Source: Azolla caroliniana
Lineage: Eukaryota; Plantae; Polypodiophyta
Reading direction: 5' to 3'
Assembly: GCA_043228905.1 (NCBI GenBank)
Contig: JBHGNT010000013.1
Span: forward strand, 19,344,001-19,408,000
Length of the DNA stretch: 64,000 nt
The position numbers were made by a program, and so were the translations under genes. The notes below the pieces were generated by a model. It did no database searches and was not told where the DNA came from. It saw only the letters and a list, made by a program, of their open reading frames with translations. Numbering within the stretch: position 1 is the stretch's first letter; the number at the start of each line of letters is the position of its first letter. Below, in pieces: positions 49,801-59,062 of this stretch.

Positions 49801-52534
49801 CTCAAGTCAGATGGATGATAATTTTTGTTTTCAAGAGATCTCTAGCATAGGTTGATCCAAAATGGGGAGAGATTCGAAGCAAGGGAGCCACTTGCAATGG
49901 CAAGAGATAATAACATTGATTTGTCAATGATGAGAGTGACGACATCGTGGTCCACAAAGCAAGGGCCTACGTGCATGACAAATTGCTATTGCTAGATCTA
50001 CAATAACCCTTTTGCAATGTCCTCATCAATCTCCCACTTGTGTGGCCCTTCATTGACTTGTGGTATGAGGAGTGATGGGGCTAAGGAAAGTTGCAATTGT
50101 TCTTTGTTGATGAGCTTGTGTGCTTGTGGCTTGTATTGTTGGCTTCTCTCTATATCTCTTGAGTTCTAGCAAGAACACTCCCAAGAACCTTTGGTCCTCA
50201 TATTCCATTGCCTTGCATAGTGGGCCAAAGCCTTGGTTAAGAGGCAATGATGTCTCCTTATTTCAAGAAAAACAGTACAATGACAAACATCTTTTAAGAG
50301 GCCACAATGACCTATCAAACCGAACAAGAGATTACATCTTAAGCTGTGTCACATCTTTGAAAACAACAAACGAAGAAACTATAGAGATGGGAAAATGAGC
50401 GATTATATCTTAACATGTTGAGTGATGACGGCCTTGATTTGTCAATAACAAGGGTGATGAAAATGCAGTTCACATGGATGTGGCTTGTATACACAACAAA
50501 TTGTTATTGCACTATCTATTGTGATTCCTTTCAATATTGTTTCAAGACCCTACTTGTGTATCTCTTGATTGAATTGTAGCATGAGACAAAGTGATGGAGC
50601 TAAAGAAAGTTGTGATGGTCTTTTGTTGATGATGGTCTGTGGATATCATATTGTTCAACAGCTTCTCTATGCCTCTCAATTTCTAGCAAGAACATTCCCA
50701 AGTGTTGTTGGTCTTCATTATTCCATTACTTCCGAAGTGAGCCAAAGTTCTGTTAAAAGAAGCAATGGTATCTTCTCCTTATTTCATAAAAAAAGGCACG
50801 ATGGCAAACATAGTGTTCCCTCTTATTCAATATCCCAATGGTGCAATTGGCAGATCCATTCTTCAATAGATTTGGGTGCATATTTTCCTTTGTTATCTCT
50901 AACTTATATGAAGAGGTTCTCAACTGCCCTGTCACACTACAGAATGCATGAGCATAGATGTGTATCCATATTATAAGGGGCCTAAAATAAATCTGATTTG
51001 AGAATCTTGCATGTAATAGATGACGAGATTCCTTAGTGATGTCTTAGTCTATTTCAATTTGCATTTTCCTTAGTCACATTTATTTATTTATTTTCGTTTG
51101 TTGTTTCTCAAAGATGAGACAAGATTTTAAGATTTAATTTCTTGTTTGGTTTCATAGGCCATTTTGGCCTCATTTAAGACATTAATATTTCTTTCTTTCT
51201 TCTGCACAGCCACCATCACTTCCAGAGAGCTCTGTTAATTGCTAAACTGTGACCTACAACACCCTGGAAATATTCTCCCATGTGACTCTACCTTCCATAT
51301 CTGTAATCAAACTCTATTTTTCTGAGGATATTGTTGAGCTGCACATTAGTTCCCAGACCCACCATGGCAATAACCTCCACATGTCTCTTATTGCATCTCT
51401 CCAAGCAAGCTTGATAGGTTATTGATCAACCCAATCAAATTATTAGGATTCCAAGGACCCGCGTAGAATTTTAGTCCATTTACGATGTACCCTTGATGTA
51501 AGAATCATGGCCCAAAGGGTTCAGATGTTAGAGCTTTCCTCACTTCAGGAAGCCTTACATATACAGGGATTTTTTCAAAATTCTGAGAATCAAATTACCT
51601 TGAGACATAGTATCTCGAAACACAAAACGAAAACCAGATGCTTTATCTTTGCATTTTACATTTGCAAAACTACATAATAGAACAGTGCATACCTTTTAAC
51701 TGTCTTTTTCTTCCCATTTTTAACCCATTCAATCAGAAAGTCTTTACTGGTATCTTTACTGTAGCTCAATACCAAGCAAGGCTCCCAACTACACTGCCCT
51801 TTGGATGAGTAGAAACGCGATCTTCCTGGGACACCTCTTTCCTGCCTTTCATGGGCCTTGCGAAAACAAAGAAGCATGAATAAATTAATAAAATAGCACA
51901 TGTCAACAAAATATCTAGTATATACTTCAAACCTAACATTAGCTAGTTTATTGTATTACTACACGCATACCATCTCGATGTCTATACTGGGATGACAAAG
52001 CTCCAACTCTTGGTTGTGAAATAGGTCCAATGGAAGAACGAAAGTAGTTTCCCTTTTACTCCTAGACTTGCCAAGAGCTTCCATATCCTTCTCCGGCTGC
52101 GCTTTAGCATCTTCATCTTCTTCGAGAACTTCCAAGCCAGAGCCATCCAAAGCTTTAATTCCTAGAGAAAGAAGCATATGGGAAGGTTTTGAAGGATAGC
52201 TCCCCACATGTTTAGGGTCAAAATATGCATCAACCTCAACACGTTTTGGAACATTATACGCATTAATTGCAGCATGCGTTGCATCATTATATGCATTCTC
52301 AGCAACCTCCTGCTGTATGGAACTGATTCCTTCCTGTGATTTTGCATCTACCATAGAATCAAGCCGAATTTCTGAATCTTCAAAAGAGGTTTCTTTACAA
52401 ATGTCTCTGTTTTTCCATGTCTGGGACTTGTAAAAGACCTTTGGCCACCTGATGCTAACTGGTGGGAGTATTTTGCTTTGAGCATGTTGGAGAGAAAGAG
52501 GTTTCTTATCTGAGTCAAGGCCCATTTTAGCCAT
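915..52534 (-). CDS. Axonemal inner-arm dynein heavy chain (single-headed; DNAH7/3/12-type motor, DNAH1-like N-terminal tail), 46 exons, about 4171 aa
   Basis: Exons placed by hand from splice dinucleotides and frame continuity, in transcript order: 51971-52534, 51693-51856, 49403-49496, 47728-48002, 47224-47478, 44677-45211, 44295-44456, 43194-43396, 42115-42217, 41813-41947, 41530-41727, 41176-41442, 40139-40303, 39808-40062, 39008-39291, 38506-38734, 37867-38091, 37634-37776, 34293-34471, 32235-32407, 27819-28120, 27438-27744, 20484-20798, 19528-20395, 19227-19333, 18972-19138, 18016-18229, 17524-17933, 14037-14334, 13666-13782, 13291-13575, 11644-12102, 9892-10026, 9537-9809, 9271-9459, 7859-8251, 7472-7744, 6616-6795, 6269-6507, 5043-5370, 4246-4584, 3526-3813, 3180-3419, 2785-3090, 1721-1909, 915-1601. 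Total 12516 nt, divisible by 3. Dynein motifs: [22 protein letters not shown] (P1), [35 protein letters not shown] (P3), GVGGVGRQS (P4), [25 protein letters not shown]. Start codon and first exons are less certain than the motor exons. Confidence 0.95.
2183..2446 (-). mobile_element. RTEX-like LINE 3' fragment
   Basis: Reverse complement of the family 3' UTR with hairpin and GAAA-type tail; possible TAAGA target duplication. Confidence 0.88.
7859..12102 (-). CDS. Dynein heavy chain, stalk/microtubule-binding domain and AAA5-entry exons
   Basis: [71 protein letters not shown] across exons 11644-12102, 9892-10026, 9537-9809, 9271-9459, 7859-8251. Confidence 0.92.
8421..8487. repeat. Perfect 27-bp inverted repeat with 13-nt spacer in a dynein intron
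   Basis: GTACTCTCGTAATTTCTATGTACTCTA (8421-8447) and its exact reverse complement (8461-8487). Confidence 0.95.
10715..10915 (+). mobile_element. Old, diverged RTEX-like ORF2 C-terminal fragment
   Basis: Translates to [27 protein letters not shown], matching [26 protein letters not shown] in copy A. Confidence 0.7.
11058..11140 (-). mobile_element. RTEX-like LINE 3'-end fragment with the hairpin deleted
   Basis: AAGAAATATATATTAAC...AAGAGATTACATCTTAAAATGTTG...GAGAACAAA. Confidence 0.75.
12406..12757 (+). mobile_element. RTEX-like LINE 3' fragment
   Basis: RPWP...[20 protein letters not shown], 3' UTR, hairpin and (TTTC)n tail. Confidence 0.87.
14037..14334 (-). CDS. Dynein heavy chain, AAA4 P-loop exon
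   Basis: [18 protein letters not shown]...[20 protein letters not shown]; canonical splice sites. Confidence 0.93.
14345..14915 (+). mobile_element. RTEX-like LINE fragment: end of the AP endonuclease domain and linker
   Basis: [19 protein letters not shown]...LTCW...GASTV resembles the APE C-terminal region; WYDEEC-type linker motif near 14854-14871. Confidence 0.7.
14925..16764. mobile_element. Non-autonomous DNA transposon-like element with long imperfect TIRs (Mutator-like), inserted in a LINE fragment
   Basis: 14932-15077 is an imperfect reverse complement of 16632-16761 (AACTAATTAATTA, AAGAATTATAG, AAAGAAAGGAAAGA, CCCCTAGCAAC, GATGTCCCATA); CCCCCACTC flanks both sides (14916-14924, 16765-16773); no transposase ORF. 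Confidence 0.75.
15384..15407. repeat. (GAA)n microsatellite inside the TIR element
   Basis: 8 units, flanked by AAACCCTAA motifs. Confidence 0.9.
16765..17228 (+). mobile_element. RTEX-like LINE fragment: N-terminal half of RT
   Basis: [38 protein letters not shown]; homologous to 36285-36850. Confidence 0.85.
17400..17492 (-). mobile_element. RTEX-like LINE 3'-end fragment about 30 bp from a dynein splice donor
   Basis: AAAATGGCC...AAGACCAAACAAGAGATTACATCTT..GTGTTGTCTCG. Confidence 0.8.
19528..20798 (-). CDS. Dynein heavy chain, AAA2 and start of AAA3 (exons 20484-20798 and 19528-20395)
   Basis: [63 protein letters not shown]. Confidence 0.95.
21296..21373 (+). repeat. Partial 5' LTR of the copia element
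   Basis: TGTTGACAATCAAGCTCAA...GAAAAAGTGCGTGAG aligns with the start of the 3' LTR, then similarity stops; no LTR end or PBS visible. Confidence 0.75.
24759..24945 (+). repeat. 3' LTR of the copia element
   Basis: Starts TGTTG right after the PPT and ends CAACA; first ~75 bp match 21296-21373. Confidence 0.8.
25088..27014 (+). mobile_element. 5'-truncated RTEX-like non-LTR retrotransposon, young copy A
   Basis: RT motifs [38 protein letters not shown]; C-terminal [30 protein letters not shown] knuckle; 3' hairpin AGGCCATTTTGGCCT and (TTTC)n tail; a few in-frame stops. Clade call is from motif recall. Confidence 0.9.
27438..34471 (-). CDS. Dynein heavy chain, AAA1 exons (34293-34471, 32235-32407, 27819-28120, 27438-27744)
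   Basis: [82 protein letters not shown]. Confidence 0.95.
28935..30270 (+). mobile_element. Stack of three head-to-tail RTEX-like 3' fragments (about 28935-29610, 29611-29902, 29903-30270)
   Basis: The blocks TTACAATTGATCGGGCAAT, CATGGACCAC and GACCTATGCTAGAGATC recur in each segment; the last ends with hairpin and TTC-rich tail. Confidence 0.85.
30272..32090 (+). mobile_element. 5'-truncated RTEX-like LINE, young copy B, containing a nested inverted 3'-end fragment
   Basis: Nearly identical to 25144-27014 over long stretches; own (TTTC)n tail; begins directly after the tail of the preceding copy. Confidence 0.9.
31581..31648 (-). mobile_element. About 70-bp RTEX-like 3'-end insertion nested in copy B
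   Basis: Reverse complement of the family 3' terminus interrupts CTCAAG/AGACATC, which is contiguous in copy A (26457-26469). Confidence 0.88.
32692..33320 (+). mobile_element. RTEX-like ORF2 C-terminal fragment
   Basis: [30 protein letters not shown]; colinear with 26100-26700. Confidence 0.85.
33321..33860 (-). mobile_element. Internally deleted RTEX-like element: APE N-terminus joined to the post-RT region
   Basis: Minus strand 33560-33680 reads [36 protein letters not shown] (APE motifs WN and ETW); 33374-33433 reads [19 protein letters not shown]. Confidence 0.65.
33861..34016 (+). mobile_element. RTEX-like LINE 3'-end fragment
   Basis: Near-consensus 3' UTR, hairpin and (TTTC)n tail. 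Confidence 0.88.
34725..36055 (+). mobile_element. Older RTEX-like ORF2 3' half plus 3' end
   Basis: Colinear with 25620-27000 with indels; hairpin at 36026-36040. Confidence 0.82.
36070..37040 (+). mobile_element. RTEX-like RT fragment containing a nested inverted 3'-end piece (about 36625-36738)
   Basis: [13 protein letters not shown], VDFxKxFD-like and [11 protein letters not shown] motifs; the insert is absent from the homologous site at 17095-17115. Confidence 0.82.
37167..37526 (+). mobile_element. RTEX-like LINE 3' fragment
   Basis: Near-identical to 26682-27010 and 30020-30270; hairpin and (TTTC)n tail. Confidence 0.88.
40820..40850. repeat. (TG)n microsatellite
   Basis: About 15 perfect units. 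Confidence 0.95.
40852..40930 (-). mobile_element. About 75-bp RTEX-like 3'-end insertion abutting a (GT)n microsatellite
   Basis: Consensus terminus ATATTAACGTCTTTTAAGAGGCCAAAATGGCCTATAAGACCAAACAAGAGATTACATCTT. Confidence 0.88.
45870..46610 (-). mobile_element. Two RTEX-like 3' fragments (about 45870-46480 and 46495-46610)
   Basis: Reverse complement of the ORF2 end (ARRPWPHGP) and two separate termini. Confidence 0.82.
49620..50980 (-). mobile_element. Cluster of RTEX-like fragments (about 49620-50290, 50285-50372, 50420-50980)
   Basis: [26 protein letters not shown] and [12 protein letters not shown] on the minus strand; two termini. Confidence 0.82.
50990..51202 (+). mobile_element. RTEX-like LINE 3' fragment
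   Basis: 3' UTR, hairpin AGGCCATTTTGGCCT at 51156-51170, (TTTC)n tail. Confidence 0.85.
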
Positions 52535-52835
52535 GATGATGTGAAATATAGAAAACTTTGTGATCTATCAAGTAAAACATGAATTGGGTCTTCAAAATTG
52601 GGACCTTTATATGAGTCAGTCACTGCGATATGATTGTTTTGTTTTGTGCATGTTGGAGCGAAAAAGGTTTCTTATCTTTTTGGGTCATTTTAGTTATGAT
52701 AATGTGAATGAAATATACAGAGCTTTGTATCCAATCACGTAAACCATGATTTGGATCTTCAGAATTGAGAGCTTTATATAAATTCGTCTTGAGATAAAAT
52801 TGTTTTGCTCTGAGAGCGTTTAAGAGAAGCAGATT
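52471..52835. repeat. Degenerate tandem repeat, 166-bp period, about 2.2 copies, spanning the dynein start codon
   Basis: 52471-52636 aligns to 52637-52802 (GCATGTTGGAG, GGTTTCTTATCT, CATTTTAG, GTAAA.CATGA.TTGG.TCTTCA.AATTG); partial third unit at 52803-52835. Confidence 0.85.
52620..52688 (-). promoter_or_regulatory. Putative uORF (22 aa) paralogous to the dynein N-terminus
   Basis: MTQKDKKPFSLQHAQNKTIISQ* versus dynein [22 protein letters not shown]; a true uORF only if transcription starts upstream of 52688. Confidence 0.5.
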
Positions 52836-54079
52836 CCAACATCCAATTCTGCGTTATGGAAGAAAGAGAGTGGTACTCTCGTACTGACGAATAGAAGAAT
52901 AAAAGATTAAGAGGAAGCAGAAACAGAGTAATGTATGTACTCTGTCTCTGTTTCGTCTCTGTCCCTCTACACAGACAGAGACAGAGACCGGACGGTTAAT
53001 TAAATTCTTAAGACTTTTTTTAATTGCTTTATAAATGAAAATTTAAAATATGAGAATGTTAATTTTATGGTTTTCTGAAATTACACCAATGCCCCTATGC
53101 TTTTTTTTATGAGAAGAATGCCCTCCCTTTCCTTGTGTCAAACTTTTACCGTAAACGAGACCAATCTTTGTTTTGTAAAGTCAAGTTAGGTCAGTACATA
53201 ACGATACCTATCTTTGCTTTGTAAATTCAGTTAAATCCGTACGAAATGGTTTCCATGGAAGGGCTGCAAGAAGGGGACTTGATGAAGAAATCGCGAATAA
53301 CTAATTTTGACAAACTACGTTAAAGGTTTTGGACAAAATTGATGTATCTCCACTAGACTTGAATATGATCAAGTATGATCCAACACTTGAATGCTAAGTT
53401 CTAATAATCCACTGGTCTACTCACTTCTTTGATTGTTAGCGTCACATTGACGGCCAAGAGTTGTTACAACAAGGCAAGTTTAATTTCCCCTTCAATGTGC
53501 TCTTTTGCATGCTTTAGAATCATCATCACTTATATGGTCTATGTGTCTTCTTAGGGCTAAATTTGGTGTATATACAAGAGATGGAGTGCTTGCTTCTAGG
53601 GAGAATCCCTGCTTTTGTCTCGAGCAATGAGATTAGCATACCCTTCAACCTTATTCATCTCTCCTCGAGTATTACAATAGGTTGCTGGTGAGTTGGGTGT
53701 TCCATGTCTTTCTTTCTGTCTTGTTCTATTCTTGTCTCATCTCCGTTTGAAAGAACCTCTCGATACTTTCTCTGTTTGCAATTTTGGTTAGTGGTTGTTT
53801 GGGTTCCATGTTCTTGTTTTGCTAAGTTTTATGTCACGTATTGGACTTGAGTGACCACAAGCATCCTTGCCTCAAAAGGTAAGATAGGTTAATACGTTTA
53901 TGTTGACCTTCTTCTTTATTTTGAAACACTCATTTGTGTGGTCACAATTTCATCCTTCAACTTTACCCCTCTCATGCAAACAAAATGAATAACAATTGTG
54001 TTTTTGGCAAGAGGAGGCAATGGGTTAATTATGTTCTCATAACAACTTATATTAGCACTACATTTATAATAACATTGCT

Positions 54080-57020
54080 TATGAGGCCTTCTTCAAGGAG
54101 TTTTGGGAGCAAATTTTTCCAAGCTTGAAAGTTGGACTGCAAGAGATGTGGAGAACGGGACGGATGCCGAGTAGCTTCAATGAAGGCTTGATCTACTTGA
54201 TTCCGAAATCGGAGACTGCGGTGCACGAGATTAAGCAATGGAGGCCCATTACAATTTTAAACCTAATTTATAAAAAATTTGCTAACATATTAGTGCAGAG
54301 AATCAAGCCCTTCCTAGGCGATATCATCCAATCCAATCAAACTAGTTTCATGGAGCATTGTTCTATTATGGACAACGTGATTTTGTTTTGGGAGGCTGTT
54401 GCAACGGCGAAGGTGACCAATCAAAACTTAGCCTGTCTAATGCTCGACTTCGAGAAAGCCTATGATCGAGTGCAATGGTCTTTCTTGGAAGAAGTGATGA
54501 AGGTCATTGAGCTACCATTGGAATGGAGGTGTGCTGCCCAAGCCTTATATAGGAATGGCTCGAGTAAGGTGTTGATTGCAGGGAGGAAAGGAGCTCAAAT
54601 CATTCTTACTCGATCCATCAGGCAAGGTTGTCCTCTTGCCCCCTTTCTTTTCCTTTTTATTACTGAAGCAATGTCTGCCCTTTTTAATAGCCAAGGGGCA
54701 AATCTTCATGGTCTTTCGATCCCTAACGCAAGGAAGTCCCTACTGGATTCGGAGTTCGCGGACGATACGATGCTATACCTCCAAGGAAATGAAACGAATC
54801 TTGAGAGGGCATAGAGTGCTATTGAGCTCTTTTGCAAGGCATCGGGAGCGTCCATTAATTGGAAGAAGTCCAAGGGTTTTTGGATCAGCTTGGAGCTCGA
54901 GCCTGTTTGGAAGCCAAATGCTGAATTCAAATGGGGAAGCCACTAGGTATCTGGGAACGTGGATTGGGGTAGATATCGACAAGGGAATTCAGTTGCAACA
55001 TATTCAAAGCAAAATCTGTGACAAAATTCGCAACTGGTCAGGGATGAACTTATCATTGGCTGGCAGGATCATAGTAGCTAACCATGTGCTTTTGTCTACA
55101 TTATGGCATGCAGTTTCAGTGTGGATGTTTGACAAGCAAGCTATTCGTACTGTTAAAGCGTGTATTAGGGGATTTCTTTGGGCTGGGATGAGGAAAGACA
55201 ATGCGGCAACCAAAGTATCATGGTCTACATTGATTCTTCCCAAGAGTAATGGGGGTTTAGGATTGGTTGACCCTGGATTGCAGAGTTAGGCATTGCTATG
55301 TAAGATATTGGTAAGAAGCTTGCTACCCGGTGATGAGTTATGGAAAACATTGATACATAATAGGAGCATTATATGGAGTCCAAGACTGGGTGGGCAATGG
55401 AAGTCACACAAAGCGTGGCCTTTTTGCATGGACTTAAATTTGAGGAAATCTAACCGATTGGCTGATCGTACTTGTATGTCAGTGATGCAGGCGTGGAGTA
55501 TGCTTCGTGGGCATCTAAGTCGGAATCGTCCAAGTACTAGTGATGAATGGATGCGCCAACCCCTATTGTGGAATGAGACCGTGCAATCGCCAAAAGGAAT
55601 GATGCTTGGACAAAGCAAGCGCATGTCGTGGGCTATATTGCATTGTCTAGGGATACACTCGGTGGCTGATTGGTTGCGGTTGTCCGGCAATAATCGTGAT
55701 CAATTATATGAAGACATGGGAAAGGTCAGAAATGGCAGAAAGATGCTTGACGTAGTCAATATAGTTGTCTCCTCGCTTCCTATTGGTAATGAGGAAGATG
55801 GTGAATGGTCTGGACAATGTGATGGTACCGGAAATATTATCAATGTCAGGGGTCTAGGAAAGAGTGGGAAGACCGTCCTGATGGGATTATTAGATGAAAG
55901 TGCAGGTTGGTACCCTATTAGAATTGTGGCAAGACACGGAAAGAAATGGAAGGTGAATCCACCAGTCGAAGAGGTTGAGGAGGATTGGATCTTGTACGTG
56001 GTTGAAGGCAAGCCTCTCGAGCGCGTAGAATGGGATCCCGCTGAATATAGGTGGAAGGGAGAACAAGCTAAATCACTAGGTTTCTTTGAATACTCGACGC
56101 GCTTGGGGAGAAAGTTAGGTTCGTATCGTGAGAAATGTGCCAACAAGTGGACCCATGCAGTTATCAATTCAGTCTTCGTGGATAGAACCAGGAGCAGGAT
56201 ATGGAACTCATCCCTTCCCGAGCGGATCAAAGTGTTTTTCTAGTTAATCACCCATCGGGATGTTCCAACGGGAGAGTGGCTTGGGAATAGAGGCGGCATG
56301 AGTGGTTGCAAGGCGTGTAGTGCGAGCTTGGAGGACATCGCTCATTGTTTGTGGTGTTGCCCACGAGCGCAAGAAATCTGACTGAGGAGCTTAAGAATCT
56401 TGGCTCGTTTTGGGGTTGAGGTTCATGTATCGAGCGCAGCAATCACTTGGCTGGCCACTAAATCGGCCTCGTGGTTTCAAGGGTGGAATGGAAACAATCC
56501 TTCTTTAATGGTGAAGCAAGGATCTGTGCAACCAGCAACGCAAGGAGGTTTATTCTTCTTACAGGAACGCTACGTGGACATATGGGTATTAGTGGTCGGC
56601 CTTACGGTCTGGCAAGTGTGGGTATCTCGGTGCAAGGAGACCCTCGCAGGTAAACGAACCCCACCGGCTGAGAATTTAATGATGATCTGGTTTAATCTTA
56701 TTTCTACGTTGCGAGGTGAGTTTGAAAGTCTTCAAGGGCCATCTAATGCAAGTGAAGAAGCTAGAGCTCGATTCCTTCGGAAATGGAGCGGTTCGTCGAT
56801 GCTGCAGATAATGGATGGTAAAGTGAAGTGGAATTATCAACCACCGCGGTGGTTGTTCCCTCCAAGTGTTCCTAACATCTAGATGGGTGCTGCCATGAGG
56901 AGCGAATGGAGGACATCTATGCTGAATTCTGTTTTGTATGAGGCTCACGTGGAGAATATGTGTTCGAGTAATGCTATACACATAGAATGATGTGGTGTTT
57001 TGGAGTTTTTTTTTTATGTT
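54080..57020 (+). mobile_element. 5'-truncated, decayed L1/Tx1-clade LINE (ORF2: RT plus zf-RVT)
   Basis: LIPK, WRPITILN, LDFEKAYDRV, RSIRQGCPLAPFLF, FADD, LSLAGRI, PKSNGGLGL, and a CxxC...H...C finger near 56306-56360; stops at 54812, 55287 and 56241 and a frameshift near 54935; 3' boundary uncertain. Confidence 0.9.
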
Positions 57021-59062
57021 GTTTCATCTACACATTGTTTTCCTTTGACATGCAAGATGTCTTGTAAGATATGAGTTGTAAATGATTCCTTTGTACATTC
57101 TTAACTAATGGAAGTAGATGTTTTTGGAAAAGAAAAAGAAAAAGAAAAGAAACCTTAGCCTTGGAATAGTGTGGAGTTACTACATAATGACAATAAGAAA
57201 TTGCCAAACATTTTATGATTCGAAAATTTAAGGTCACCTTCTCTAAGTAGATTACAAGGATTAACTTGGAGACACTCAAAAAGCCAAAAAGGGTCGACAA
57301 TGAATCAAATCAAAGTTGGAAAGAGAATAATGATTGCTCAACATTGTGCATCGGGCAAATAAGGATATGTTATGAATCAACAACCAACATAGTAATGACT
57401 CAACAAATACATAGGGATGGAGTTAGTACAATGATTATTTATCCACGACATTACCACCAGGAATGAATATCAAAGTAATATATGATTGCATGTTTGTATC
57501 CTCGTCATTTGATAATTCAATTATGCAATAAGTCATGGAGAAGGACAACGAAACATGACATTGGTTTTCAATTTTTGATAGAATACTTACGACACAATGG
57601 GCTTGGGGTGGCCAAGTAGAAAGTTCAAATTTTGTTGCCACACACTGATGGCATGGGTCAATGTTCTCGACGAAACTCTAAGGCACATCCATGAGGATTT
57701 GACACGAGCGCCCACTCTACAAAAGTACATGAACATGTAAATTTGTGAAACATGTGGAACGCAACAAGGAATGCCAATACAAGAAAGCACAACATTATGA
57801 GCTACAATAACACAACTAAAATGGGAGTACAAGGAGTTGACGATGCCACGAGGGAGGTGGAAAAGGGAGACTACATATGCATTGGAAGGGTAATATGATT
57901 GCTTGATGAATGATCTTCCAAGTACATGTAATTAAATTTCGATCACGATGCAATGGCAATATGTTGCACACTTCTCTTATCTACAATTTGAAGTTTCAAA
58001 GTCTTCTCATGGAGGGCCATATTCAATTAGACAAATAGATTGTGGAGACAATATCACCAACAACAATGCAATCAATAGTTTGTTGTTTGAAAATTGTTGA
58101 AGTTTGGTCTACATCCCTCGACCTTGTTTGTTGACACTGGTCATTAATTCACAATCAAGATTGTCAATGAAAGGCAAATTTGCCCCACATGGTGCTAATA
58201 TATTATTTCCCCAAATGCCTAGATCAAATTTTTTATTGTCCTTGGAGGTCAATACACCCTTATGGAACCAAATATGAACTATTTTCATGTACCATGCACT
58301 TAGTTAGGCAGTGACTTCTCGATGTTTAAAACTTTTACAATTGAATGTTGTAAGTTACAACACATTGTGATTATGAGAGAAACTTGTGTGGAGAGAATGA
58401 CAACATGTAGAAAGCAAACTTGAATGTATAATATTTGTAACAAAGTGTGACACTCGAGCTCACAAACTTTGTCAAGGAAAAAAATGCATCGCCGATGAGA
58501 ATGATCGTACATTGAAAAGAAGGTGAGGTAGAGTGTATGGAAGCAATGTCAACATATATGCAAAATAAGATATGTAACGCAAGCAAGGTTCTGCACGATC
58601 TTGCCCAAGTCTAGGACACTCTGATGCTACAAGAAGAAAAGAGAGAGTGTAATTCATGAAGGAATCTATTTGCGTGTAAGATCAGGGAAGCCAACAATCT
58701 AGTAAGGCATCACGAAGCAAGCGTAGGGCCATCCATGTTCCGAACCCATTTCTTAATATCGCCTATCCATCTATACCTACGAATAACGATGGTTACGTGT
58801 CATTCGAATGATTGAACTTGGCGGATGGGGCGTTCCTGTTGACCACTGCCACAAATGCGATGAAATTGGCCCCACATGATGAATAATGGCTCTACTACAC
58901 ATACACACATACGGAGGAGGGTATTCAGGGAAATAGAGAAAATGTAGGAGGGGCATCGGCGGGGAATAATGAAAAGCTCGGGGGAGAAAACAGAGTCTTG
59001 ACTCTTAAGGCTATGGCGGCCATGGCCATCGAAGGAAGAAGGAGACGAGCGTCTACAGAAGA

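Noticed and set aside
2183-51202. Strict antisense orientation bias of LINE insertions
   Set aside because: The longest copies are antisense to dynein, but about a dozen fragments are sense; too few independent events to claim a bias
52471-52835. Repeats as a CRISPR-like or satellite array
   Set aside because: Only about two diverged units, no spacers, eukaryotic context, no cas genes
57030-58660. Short ORFs between the L1 element and the exonuclease gene as a gene or transposase
   Set aside because: No recognisable motifs, many stops and no consistent splice pattern; possibly an old TE relic, which would need a translated search
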